This document shows, one piece after another, positions 19,203-27,696 of a DNA stretch of 59,970 nucleotides. The stretch lies in contig JBEIIK010000003.1 in the NCBI GenBank assembly GCA_040380835.1, forward strand, positions 1 through 59,970. The letters are read 5' to 3'. Every line of letters starts with the position of its first letter. Position 1 is the stretch's first letter. A model generated the notes under the pieces. It made no database searches and had not been told where the DNA came from. It was given only the letters and a program-made list of their open reading frames with translations. The translations under genes and the position numbers were made by a program. This DNA is from Ignavibacteria bacterium (GTDB taxonomy: Bacteria; Bacteroidota; Ignavibacteria; Kapaibacteriales; Kapaibacteriaceae).

Positions 19203-20102
19203 TTACATCGGTGGAAGAATCATCCAGGAGATTCGATCTGTTGCCGCCAGTGGAACAGATGTTTCAACCGTGAAGGTGTCAGCTGTTGCGTCGACGGCGG
19301 TCACTGACAGCGCAATGGTCGTGCCGGCCGCGTTGACCATCGTCACGATCGGTATCGCTCCGGTTGGAACGTCTGCCCCTGCAGTGATCGTGTGAATATG
19401 ATTTCCGGCCGTTGGCACAAACAGGCCACGAGGTACGTCGGCTATGGCGCTGCGCCAGCTCATGACGCCGGCAGTTGTCGACGAGAGCACCATACCCGCA
19501 GAGGCGGGAGCCTGCTCCGGAAGTGTGTACGTGACGTCCCCTGTCTGCGCGGCAGCTTTGAAGGCCGTGTAGTTCGTCCCCGATGCACTGGGCTCGGCAA
19601 AGCGCAGTTCAGTAGCGGTGCCTGTGTTGGATAGCAGTACCGTGCGGGCCAGATCGATCGGTGCCTTCGGTGCAGACGTTCCAAGGCCGATCCAGCCCTG
19701 ACTTGCGCCGGCCAGGCCAACTACACGGATTGCTTCGGTGGCGTTGGAAGCGATGACAAGATCCTGGGCATTGCTTGTGCCCAGATACTGCTGCCCGGTG
19801 GCCGTCCCGCCGGCGGTGATATCCGAACCGATCAGGCCCCAGAAGTTGGTGTTCGTCCAGCCGAGTGTCGCCGTGGTCCCGGTCACGGTCTGGATGGTCA
19901 GGGCCTGCCCGGAGGCACCAACCGTCGCCGGCAGCACAAGTGAATACGTTGTCACACCCGCAGTGGGAATGGTAAGGCCGATCGTTGACGGCTGTGCATT
20001 GCGCAGCTGCAACGTGCCGGTCGTCAGACTCTGTGCCTGCATCCGATAGGCAACGGCCGACATCGCCATAGTGCACAACAGAAGGTGGATCAGGAAACGC
20101 AT
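19203..20102 (-). CDS. Secreted tail-fibre-like protein (gene B)
   Basis: The ORF track gives 19203-20147. I prefer ATG 20102 (MRFLIHLLLCTMAMSAVAYRMQAQ, signal peptide), preceded by AAAGAGG. It has two copies of the motif (T/V)TY(S/T)L.LP....(A/S)G..L.....G...W (GVTTYSLVLPATVGASGQALTIQTVTGTTATLGW; GDVTYTLPEQAPASAGMVLSSTTAGVMSW), plus LGTSNAQDLVIASNATEAIRV...IGLGTSAP. Confidence 0.6.
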   Translation of the reverse strand: MRFLIHLLLCTMAMSAVAYRMQAQSLTTGTLQLRNAQPSTIGLTIPTAGVTTYSLVLPATVGASGQALTIQTVTGTTATLGWTNTNFWGLIGSDITAGGTATGQQYLGTSNAQDLVIASNATEAIRVVGLAGASQGWIGLGTSAPKAPIDLARTVLLSNTGTATELRFAEPSASGTNYTAFKAAAQTGDVTYTLPEQAPASAGMVLSSTTAGVMSWRSAIADVPRGLFVPTAGNHIHTITAGADVPTGAIPIVTMVNAAGTTIALSVTAVDATADTFTVETSVPLAATDRISWMILPPM

Positions 20103-20158
20103 AGAAACCTCTTTGAATAAGTGGAAAGAATGAAAAGGTGAACCCATTGGGTGTTATG

Positions 20159-20905
20159 TCAGGGTGCTAGCGACCACTCAATGCGTTCGTCCGTCATCAG
20201 CGGGGCCGCTGCCATGAAAACGAGCTCATTGGTGGCCGTGTCGATCTCAAGCTGGACCGGAATCGTGGTAGTGGGAGAGACGCTTCGACACGTCACACGC
20301 GTGCTCGACGTCAGAGTCGTTGATGGTCGGACTCTGTAGTTGGCCGATCGTCCGTCACCAGTGATCGTTCCCCTCTCGGCGGGTTCAACACTGGTCGAGA
20401 TGATCAGTGCTGTGCCGTTGCGTTGAATCCGAATCCCATCAATTCCCATGAGTGAAACCGGACCGGAGAGCTCGTTGATCGATGTCACGAGACCCGTTGC
20501 TCTGGGGTCAAGACGTGCAGCCATATCGGCATAGCTGGCGTGCAATGCCGCCGTCTGGGGTATGATCTCCTGCCGCGGCCTGCGCTCACTCTCGCCGTCA
20601 AGCGTAAGTCCGATAAATGCCCTGCCCCCTCGCAGCATAGTGTCCGTAATGGGAACGGTGCGTCCAAGCACAAGCTCGCAACGTCCGGCTGTGATCTCGG
20701 CCAGAACCGTTTCTTCCCACAGCGTAGCTGAGCTGAATGCATTGTCATACCACCGCACGACGAGTCGGTGAATCCCATCATCGGGAAGGGGGCTTCCGAA
20801 GACGGCTGTCACACCGACCTGCAGCGGAGCTTGGGCCCGGCACCTGATGGATGCAAGACACAGACACGCGAGAATGATCATCTGTAATGTCGAAGACGTT
20901 TTCAT
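20159..20905 (-). CDS. Secreted tail-fibre-like protein (gene A)
   Basis: 248 aa. Signal peptide MKTSSTLQMIILACLCLASIRCRAQA. ...AEITAGRCELVLGRTVPI...AFIGLTLDGESE...IPQTAALHASYA... and ...LVTSINELSGPVSLMGIDGIRIQRNGTALIIS... resemble N-terminal modules of Bacteroidota tail-fibre-like surface proteins (memory-based). Confidence 0.6.
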   Translation of the reverse strand: MKTSSTLQMIILACLCLASIRCRAQAPLQVGVTAVFGSPLPDDGIHRLVVRWYDNAFSSATLWEETVLAEITAGRCELVLGRTVPITDTMLRGGRAFIGLTLDGESERRPRQEIIPQTAALHASYADMAARLDPRATGLVTSINELSGPVSLMGIDGIRIQRNGTALIISTSVEPAERGTITGDGRSANYRVRPSTTLTSSTRVTCRSVSPTTTIPVQLEIDTATNELVFMAAAPLMTDERIEWSLAP

Positions 20906-20923
20906 ACGTCCTCGAGCAGATTA

Positions 20924-21268
20924 TCAGGAGAAACGTGACGCGTCCCGCGAAAAAAAGTTCACGAGGCCCATAGACAGGGCGGTGATCAACAGGCCGCCGA
21001 CCTCACGTTCGATCTCGCCGTCCCACCAGCGTCCGTTGGTCTTAAAGGCCAGCATGGCGGCCCAGAAGGCGTAGCCGAGGGTAAGGGGCAGGGTGATGCG
21101 TCGCACGATCGAGGTCAGTGACTGGCGCATGCCTGCAAGGCACACAAGGGCAGCAAGGCCGTAGGCAGTGATCCAGATGCCGGCATCGACGTCGTTGAAC
21201 TGCACTGATAGAAAAAGACAGAACATCACGGCCATCGAAAGACATATGATCGTGCGGAGCGGGCTCAT
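20924..21268 (-). CDS. Small 4-TM membrane protein, TMEM220-like
   Basis: 114 aa with four hydrophobic segments. ...VQFNDVDAGIWITAYG... resembles the TMEM220-family motif as I recall it. Low certainty on the family. Confidence 0.45.
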   Translation of the reverse strand: MSPLRTIICLSMAVMFCLFLSVQFNDVDAGIWITAYGLAALVCLAGMRQSLTSIVRRITLPLTLGYAFWAAMLAFKTNGRWWDGEIEREVGGLLITALSMGLVNFFSRDASRFS

Positions 21269-21558
21269 TGTATAGCGATGAGAACAAGCAGCGAAATGGC
21301 ACCTACCAGGGCCAGTAGGTCATGGCGTCGCGACGATCTCGGACGGGTAAGCGGAAGAAGCGTCAGCACGAGCGCCAGAGGTGCATGGGCCACAGACGGC
21401 GCCTGCAGAAGGCTCCAGAGAAAGGCCAGGCACGTGCAGGCAAACAGGATGTGATGCCAGCGCCCGAAGGATCGCCGCTTTTGGCGCGCTGTCAGTCCCA
21501 GGAGCATGGCGGACACATAGAGTATCGTTGCGGTCAGCGTTGATTCGTAAATGGGCAT
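21265..21558 (-). CDS. Small hydrophobic membrane protein, unknown function
   Basis: 97 aa with three hydrophobic segments. Its stop overlaps the next start by 4 nt. No recognisable motif. Confidence 0.4.
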   Translation of the reverse strand: MPIYESTLTATILYVSAMLLGLTARQKRRSFGRWHHILFACTCLAFLWSLLQAPSVAHAPLALVLTLLPLTRPRSSRRHDLLALVGAISLLVLIAIQ

Positions 21559-21563
21559 AGCTG

Positions 21564-22061
21564 TCAGAGGAGGCCCTTGTCAAGGGAATCACGGTAGAAC
21601 CGACGGAACTGGTTCACGTCGGTTAAAATCATCGCAAGACGGCGGCTATTCGTCGAATCGCTGATGCTACCTCTGGGAAACCTATTCGACAGCATAAGCC
21701 GCGTTGCGGAACGTCGGATCCACTGATACTCGCTGACGGATATCGTAAACCGATTGAGCATCTGAACGAGTTGTTGATCGATCTCTTTCTGCTCAGTCCC
21801 GGCCGAAGCCAAAGAGTCCAGCAGGCGAGAGACTTCGTGCAGCACCATGATTTGCGTCGGACGCAAAATCCCATCGTCGGCAGGTGTGTACTTTTCTTTG
21901 TTGACGATCTGTGCACGCAGGCCCGGTTCCCTCTGGCGGATGATACCGAGACTCATCTGTGCTTCGAAAAGCAGCCCCCTGACAAACAGGAACAGGTAGA
22001 CTGCGCTGGCAATGACCAGAATAGCAAGGGTGATATGGAACACTCTGCGCATCAAAGGCAT
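21564..22061 (-). CDS. Membrane-anchored hypothetical protein
   Basis: The ORF track gives 21564-22157, which overlaps ftsY. ATG 22061 (MPLMRRVFHITLAILVIASAVYLFLFV...) lies 4 nt after the ftsY stop. One N-terminal TM helix, no recognisable domain. Confidence 0.45.
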   Translation of the reverse strand: MPLMRRVFHITLAILVIASAVYLFLFVRGLLFEAQMSLGIIRQREPGLRAQIVNKEKYTPADDGILRPTQIMVLHEVSRLLDSLASAGTEQKEIDQQLVQMLNRFTISVSEYQWIRRSATRLMLSNRFPRGSISDSTNSRRLAMILTDVNQFRRFYRDSLDKGLL

Positions 22062-22065
22062 CAGA

Positions 22066-23061
22066 TCAGGATTCACCCGGCGAAGACTCTTCGAACAGCG
22101 CCTCCACGAAGGCAATGGAATCAAAGGTCTGCAGGTCATCGATGCGTTCACCCACACCGATGTAGCGCACAGGAATGTTCATGCTGTCGGCGATGGCTAT
22201 CACGGCCCCGCCCTTGGCCGTGCCATCGAGCTTGGTCAGAACAATGCCCGTGATCGGAGCGACCTTTGTGAATTCCCTGGCCTGCTGGAGAGCATTCTGT
22301 CCGGTCGTGGCATCAAGTGCAAGGAAAATGTCATGGGGTGCATTGGGATGGATCTTCTTCATCACACGGCCGATCTTCTCGAGTTCCTGCATCAGCCCCT
22401 GCTTGTTGTGCAGACGGCCTGCCGTATCGATGATCACCACGTCCGTGGAGCGGGCCTTGGCGGCATTAAGCGTGTCGTAGGCTACCGCCGCGGGGTCGGC
22501 CCCATGCTGCTGCTGTACGATGTCCACGCCGGCACGTTGTGCCCAGACCTCAAGCTGCTCGTTGGCGGCCGCCCGGAAGGTGTCGGCAGCACCGATCAGC
22601 ACTGACTTGCCAGCACGCTTGTAGTTATGTGCGAGCTTGCCGATGGTGGTCGTCTTGCCGACACCATTGACGCCGATGAGCATGATCACATGGGGCTTGT
22701 CGGTCTCATCGATCGAGAACGTGGCGTCGGCCGCAGCTGTTGGAGACTCCAGAAGGAGCGAGGCGATCTCTTCTTTGAGCAGCTCGACGATGGTATCGGA
22801 GCTTGTGATGTTGTCATTGCGGACACGCGTCTTGAGACGGGCAATGATTTTCTCGCTTGTGGCAACACCGATGTCGGCCGTAATGAGGATCTCTTCGATC
22901 TCACTCAACAGGGCGTCATCAATGGTCCGTCCGCTGAGTAGCGAGCGCAGCCTGCCCACGAAAGAAGATCGCGTCTTGGAGAGTCCCTCCTTGAGGCGAT
23001 CGAAAGAAAGTGCGTCGGCGACTCCCGAGAGCCGCTGCTTGATCTTATCGAAGAATCCCAT
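22066..23061 (-). CDS. ftsY: Signal-recognition-particle receptor FtsY
   Basis: 331 aa. GVNGVGKTTTIGKLA (G1), DTAGRL (G3), TKLDGTAKGG (G4). Confidence 0.95.
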   Translation of the reverse strand: MGFFDKIKQRLSGVADALSFDRLKEGLSKTRSSFVGRLRSLLSGRTIDDALLSEIEEILITADIGVATSEKIIARLKTRVRNDNITSSDTIVELLKEEIASLLLESPTAAADATFSIDETDKPHVIMLIGVNGVGKTTTIGKLAHNYKRAGKSVLIGAADTFRAAANEQLEVWAQRAGVDIVQQQHGADPAAVAYDTLNAAKARSTDVVIIDTAGRLHNKQGLMQELEKIGRVMKKIHPNAPHDIFLALDATTGQNALQQAREFTKVAPITGIVLTKLDGTAKGGAVIAIADSMNIPVRYIGVGERIDDLQTFDSIAFVEALFEESSPGES

Positions 23062-23581
23062 ACATCCTTTTGCCGTATTGCCACAAAGATACCGCCATGG
23101 CGCACGTTGACAGAGTCATAAGGGCGATCACGGCCGGATGCGTCGATGTGACAAGCAACGAGAGTATTCCGCTGAATGCGATGCTTGTCACGGCCACTTT
23201 ACCGCTCATCAGTGATGGCAAGACAAGCTGATGTCGGAACTTAAGCCACCATCCGAACCCGAGGATGATGACATCACGGGCGATGATCACTGTGGCGAAC
23301 CAGCCCGGAATAATCGCTTTGAACAGCATCACCAGCATCACTGCCCCGACCAGGATCTTATCAGCTATCGGGTCGATGATCATCCCCCACTCGCTGACGG
23401 TTTCCGTGCGACGGGCAACAAAACCATCGAGCCAGTCTGTGATTGCGGCGGCAATGCACCACCAGAAGGCCGTGACGTTCTCCCCGCTGAGCAGCAGAAG
23501 GACGATCGGGATCGTCATAACGCCACGCAGTGCGGAGATCAGATTGGAAGCCGTAAAGATGGTTTTGAGCGGAGTAGTCAT
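23045..23581 (-). CDS. CDP-alcohol phosphatidyltransferase family protein (PgsA-like)
   Basis: 178 aa, multi-TM. Signature D-x2-DG-x2-AR-x8-G-x3-D-x3-D is present as TDWLDGFVARRTETVSEWGMIIDPIADK. Confidence 0.85.
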   Translation of the reverse strand: MTTPLKTIFTASNLISALRGVMTIPIVLLLLSGENVTAFWWCIAAAITDWLDGFVARRTETVSEWGMIIDPIADKILVGAVMLVMLFKAIIPGWFATVIIARDVIILGFGWWLKFRHQLVLPSLMSGKVAVTSIAFSGILSLLVTSTHPAVIALMTLSTCAMAVSLWQYGKRMYGILR

Positions 23582-24915
23582 GATCGATGTGTCCCCTTAA
23601 GCCAGATAGCGACGTGCAACAATAGCGATGTTCCGATTCCGACCAGTGCCGCGTGACCCAATTGCAGGATCGAGGTGAAGGCCGAGACAGCCGCAGGAAC
23701 GAACATCACGACAACTATCGATGATGTGAACCGCGATGCATGACGAGTGTGACTCAGCAGTGTTGGCACGAGTAAGGCACTTACGACGATCGAAGCTGCT
23801 CCGTAGATCAGGTTGATAATGCTCGGAACAATAATGGCGATACACGCACCAAGCATGGATGTTATAGCAAGACCCAGGCGGTAGCGTCCGCTCCAGCTGC
23901 TGAGTTGCGGTCGCAGGCCCGGCAGGACGTCGTCGGCGATGGCTGTTGCGCTTGCAAGAGCATATCCATTGAGCGTCGATGAAACGGCGGCGATGATTCC
24001 GGCAAGGATCAGCCCCCTGCCCCACGATGGCAGGACGATCTGTGAAAGGGCAAGGTAGGAAGTGGTCATCTGCGACGGTGCGAGGTATCGTGCTGCGGTA
24101 AGTCCCGAAATGAGTTGCAGAACGTCGAAAACCATCCAGCAGACGACACTCCAGAGGATCGCTCTGCGCGCTACCGATGCGCTGCTGGCCGAGGCAGTGC
24201 GAACATATATGGTTGGGTCAATGAACGTCTGCATGGCGATGACCCACCAGCCGGCGATACCGGCCCATCCGAGCATTCCGGGTATGTCGTAAAGATTTAC
24301 TCCCTCAGGGGGCAAGGTATGGCTGGCAGGTCCGTTGTATGCCACAGATGCCAGCGTCAGCACAAGCATGCCCCCATACATGAGGATGACTTGCACGACG
24401 TTCGCATAGACGTCACTGCGAAGTCCTCCAACAGCTATGTAGGACACGGAAATCACGGTGCCAGTGAGAATCGAGACAGGAAGTTCGAGGCCAGTCAGGT
24501 GCGCGATCACATAACCGAGCATCAGCTGATAGGATGCCGGTACGGTTAGCACCAGTAGCAATGTTGCAGCCAGGCGTCGTGCCGCCAGTCCGTGAACGCG
24601 GCCGAACTGCTCGGGTATCGATGCTGCCATCCCAGAGTGGATACGTCCGGAGAGCCATCGGGCGTAAATGATGGCAACCAGATAGTACGGAACGCCGAAA
24701 CACAAAATGAAGACGATGCCGTAGCGCATGACGAACTCGCCCGAGGCCAGCACGGACCCGTACCAGGTGGCAACGAGCGTTGCCACAAGCAGGGGCAGAC
24801 TCATCGAGCGCTCAGCAAGCAGAAAATCTGTTTGCCCCCTTCGATTGCCGAAAGCGCCGGCGGCATGTACAGCTACAAGACTGGCGATCACGATAATGAG
24901 TTCGGTGGCACCCAT
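23578..24915 (-). CDS. Sodium:solute symporter (SSF) family transporter, substrate unknown
   Basis: 445 aa with ~12 TM helices. The N-terminal ...FLLAERSMSLPLLVATLVATWYG... is typical of the SSF family. Overlaps neighbours by 4 nt and 1 nt. Confidence 0.7.
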   Translation of the reverse strand: MGATELIIVIASLVAVHAAGAFGNRRGQTDFLLAERSMSLPLLVATLVATWYGSVLASGEFVMRYGIVFILCFGVPYYLVAIIYARWLSGRIHSGMAASIPEQFGRVHGLAARRLAATLLLVLTVPASYQLMLGYVIAHLTGLELPVSILTGTVISVSYIAVGGLRSDVYANVVQVILMYGGMLVLTLASVAYNGPASHTLPPEGVNLYDIPGMLGWAGIAGWWVIAMQTFIDPTIYVRTASASSASVARRAILWSVVCWMVFDVLQLISGLTAARYLAPSQMTTSYLALSQIVLPSWGRGLILAGIIAAVSSTLNGYALASATAIADDVLPGLRPQLSSWSGRYRLGLAITSMLGACIAIIVPSIINLIYGAASIVVSALLVPTLLSHTRHASRFTSSIVVVMFVPAAVSAFTSILQLGHAALVGIGTSLLLHVAIWLKGTHRS

Positions 24916-25562
24916 CAGGAATCTGCCCCTGGATCATCAATATTCTGAGCAAGAATGCGGCTGAGAAAACTGTGCCGGTGCTCGGGGCACGGACCGTGCT
25001 CGTGCAGTGCCTGACGGTGCTGCTGCGTTCCATAGCCCATATGGCGGGCAAATCCATAGTCCGGGTAATGCGCGTCAAGTGTACGCGTCATCATGTCGTC
25101 GCGGTAGGTCTTAGCCAGAATGGAGGCAGCTGCGATCGTGACACTTCTGGCATCACCGCCGATGATGGTCGTGTGCTCGATGATGTGACGTCGGAAACGA
25201 TTTCCGTCGATCAGCAGGTGGCATTCCTGGTGTGGCCGGCCAAGCATGGCGTGGCATGCAGCAACGGCCTCGTGCATGGCCTCGAAGGTGGCCTGCAGGA
25301 TGTTGATCTGATCGATCACGCTGGCAGGCTTCTGGCCTATGGCCCATGCAATGGCGCACTGGCGTATCTCAATAGCCAGCTGTTCACGCTGGTGCGGACG
25401 TAGCTTTTTGGAGTCGTTGATTCCTGTTGGTATGTGTTCAGGATGCAGGACAACGGCCGCCGCAACGACCGGACCGGCCAGCGCACCGCGTCCGGCTTCA
25501 TCTACACCGATGGCCACAAGCCCCCTTTCCAGGAGCAACAGTTCTGCGTCGTAGGAGATCAC
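24915..25562 (-). CDS. rnhB: Ribonuclease HII
   Basis: 215 aa. ...IGVDEAGRGALAGPVVAAAVVL...DSKKL.... GTG start. Confidence 0.9.
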   Translation of the reverse strand: MISYDAELLLLERGLVAIGVDEAGRGALAGPVVAAAVVLHPEHIPTGINDSKKLRPHQREQLAIEIRQCAIAWAIGQKPASVIDQINILQATFEAMHEAVAACHAMLGRPHQECHLLIDGNRFRRHIIEHTTIIGGDARSVTIAAASILAKTYRDDMMTRTLDAHYPDYGFARHMGYGTQQHRQALHEHGPCPEHRHSFLSRILAQNIDDPGADS

Positions 25563-25592
25563 GGCGCAAAACTACGTCCGTTGGCGGCAAGC

Positions 25593-26324
25593 TTACTGCT
25601 GACCGATCAGGCCGAGAAACTCGGCGCGCAGGGCCTTGTTGGTGGCCAGCTCGCCACGCATCACGGAGGTTACCATTACGCTACTGTCGTGGGCTTCCAC
25701 GCCGCGGGCAATCATACAGTAATGGCGCGAGGAGATCACCACGCCGAGGGCGATCGGATCCAGGATCTCGATAAGGAAGTCGGCGATCTGCTCACCAAGT
25801 TCTTCCTGGATCTGCCCCCTTCTTGCAAACCATTCGACGATGCGTGTGAACTTTGACAGTCCAATGACTTTGTCGCGCGGAACGTAACCTATGGCGCACG
25901 TGCCGTTGATAGGTTGCCAGTGATGTGAGCAGACGCTCATGACCTTGATTCCCTTGGAGATCACCAGCTCGTCAACATTCTGACGATTTGGAAACACTGT
26001 GATCTTCGGAGGGGGTGAGTAACGACCGGCAAACAACTCCGTCACCCACATGCGCGCAAGACGGAAAGGACTATCTGTGCTATTGGGATCGTTGCGGTCA
26101 ATGCGAAGCACGTCGAAGATCTCGGCAAATTTCTGCTCGAGACGCGCGATCATTTCCAGTCGTTCTTCGTCTGAAATCGGCATCGACCCGTTGGCATCGA
26201 AAAGGGGCTGTCCGATTGTGCTCACCGTCGGGTAGAGACCGCCGGTCTTTAGTAAGTGATGCTCGAGCTCGGCATCGTCAAGGTCGAGCAGCGTCTGGCG
26301 CTTACTTCCATTTGCAGCATTCAT
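25593..26324 (-). CDS. folE: GTP cyclohydrolase I (type 1)
   Basis: 243 aa. ...MSVCSHHWQPINGTCAIGYVPRDKVIGLSKFTRIVEWFARRGQIQEEL... aligns by eye with the E. coli FolE core (CEHH...GLSK...QVQERL). Confidence 0.9.
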   Translation of the reverse strand: MNAANGSKRQTLLDLDDAELEHHLLKTGGLYPTVSTIGQPLFDANGSMPISDEERLEMIARLEQKFAEIFDVLRIDRNDPNSTDSPFRLARMWVTELFAGRYSPPPKITVFPNRQNVDELVISKGIKVMSVCSHHWQPINGTCAIGYVPRDKVIGLSKFTRIVEWFARRGQIQEELGEQIADFLIEILDPIALGVVISSRHYCMIARGVEAHDSSVMVTSVMRGELATNKALRAEFLGLIGQQ

Positions 26325-26788
26325 GCGTGGACCTCCTGATGCGATGCCGCAACACCGAGTTCGTAGGTGGGGATTGAGACAGGTGCGCCGAAATACTCGG
26401 CCATGTTCTGATCTGATTCATACACCTTGATGCAGTGAAGATCACCAGAGGGCAGACGGCCATCGAGCTGCTGCCAGAAAAGAACACAAAGGTTCTCGAC
26501 GGTGGGGATGATCCCACGGAGAAAATCAACGTCGTAATTCAGGTGCTTGTGATCCACCTTGTCAATGATAAGCTCGTCAAGCAGATCCTTGAGGCGCTTC
26601 AGGTCGATCACATACCCCGTAAGCGGATCAGGAAGCCCCCTGACTGTGACCTCCATAACGTAGTTGTGCCCGTGCCCGAAGGGGTTGTTGCACTTGTCAA
26701 ATACCGCTTCGTTTCGTTCGTCCGAGAAGGTCGGGTTGTAGAGCCGATGGGCGGCCGAGAAACTGGCCTTACGTGTGACGTAGATCAT
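26321..26788 (-). CDS. 6-pyruvoyl-tetrahydropterin synthase / 6-carboxy-tetrahydropterin synthase (PTPS/QueD superfamily, eukaryote-type motif)
   Basis: 155 aa. ...SFSAAHRLYNP...CNNPFGHGHNYVMEVTVRG...DHKHLN...VENLCVLFW...IKVYESDQN.... Its stop overlaps the folE start (ATGA). Confidence 0.9.
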   Translation of the reverse strand: MIYVTRKASFSAAHRLYNPTFSDERNEAVFDKCNNPFGHGHNYVMEVTVRGLPDPLTGYVIDLKRLKDLLDELIIDKVDHKHLNYDVDFLRGIIPTVENLCVLFWQQLDGRLPSGDLHCIKVYESDQNMAEYFGAPVSIPTYELGVAASHQEVHA

Positions 26789-26925
26789 GACGGACCTCGT
26801 GATTGTGCAGATGGAGGGACGTAAGCAGGACTGGAAAACCCTGAAAGGAGCGCAATGGTTCCGTCGGGTTGGCGCGCTGTTGACGCTTCAGGAGGACAGA
26901 TGTTGGATATTTGCAGGAGATGAAG

Positions 26926-27696
26926 ATGCAATGTACAATCAGAATGGGGCTCATTAGCCTGCCTGGGTCCATCAGATTTCTTGGACTCGCCGGACTCATG
27001 AGTTTATCTATTGCCGTTGCGGGGGCGGCCGCTGACCCTGCACTGGCTTCGTTGCTGTTGCCCCGGCAGGCAATGACGGCCACAGGCACGGTTTCCGTTC
27101 AGGGGACAATGAGTATCAGCGGGGTCCCCTTTGACGCTGCCCTGCACGCGGACACGATCGTCGTCAACACGGGATCGCCCTTCGGGATGAAGACCAGCAG
27201 CGTCTATGCCCGGGCCGACACCTTCGTGGTGTTGAACTATCTGACGCGTCAGGCCATCGATGGTGACCCTGATTCGGAAAAGCTCACCGGCTTGTTGCCC
27301 ATCCCACTGGGGATCAGTGACATCCGAAGCCTTGTGCGCGGCGTGCCACCTGGTGATCTGGCTACGTTCGAGTTTCAGACGCAACGTCAGGACGGCAGCA
27401 TGCTTTTTCGCCGTCGTGATTCGGCCACGGTGGAGTTCGTGCTGGTTGACACTTCAACGCATACACTTCGCCAGTATCAGCGCAAAGAGGCCAGCGGTCG
27501 TACGATGCTGAACGTCACCTATGGTACCTACCGTTCAAGCGGCGGAGTGCTGGTTCCCTACGGAGTTGACGTTACGGCCAACGACGATGCGCAGAAAGTG
27601 CAATTCCGCTTTGACGAGGTGCGTCTTTTGGCACCAGCCCAACCGCTTCGCCCCCTGACGATTCCCACCTCATTCACGCGGGTGACACTGAACTGA
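26926..27696 (+). CDS. Secreted hypothetical protein, possibly LolA/LolB-fold (DUF4292-type)
   Basis: The start is ambiguous (TTG 26911, ATG 26920 or 26926; AGGAG lies 6 nt before 26926). Signal peptide ...SLSIAVAGAAA, then a ~230-aa beta-rich domain. Its stop overlaps the start of the LptD-like gene (TGATG). The family assignment is a guess. Confidence 0.5.
   Translation: MQCTIRMGLISLPGSIRFLGLAGLMSLSIAVAGAAADPALASLLLPRQAMTATGTVSVQGTMSISGVPFDAALHADTIVVNTGSPFGMKTSSVYARADTFVVLNYLTRQAIDGDPDSEKLTGLLPIPLGISDIRSLVRGVPPGDLATFEFQTQRQDGSMLFRRRDSATVEFVLVDTSTHTLRQYQRKEASGRTMLNVTYGTYRSSGGVLVPYGVDVTANDDAQKVQFRFDEVRLLAPAQPLRPLTIPTSFTRVTLN

Noticed and set aside
26789-26910. Long-range hairpin (CCTGAA...AGCGC-N19-GCGCT...TTCAGG) in the leader of the PTPS-folE operon, considered as a preQ1/THF-type riboswitch
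   Set aside because: By eye there is no match to the preQ1-I/II/III or THF/THF-II core sequences as I remember them. The pairing could be fortuitous in GC-rich DNA. The region also has to host the divergent promoter of the 26926 gene.
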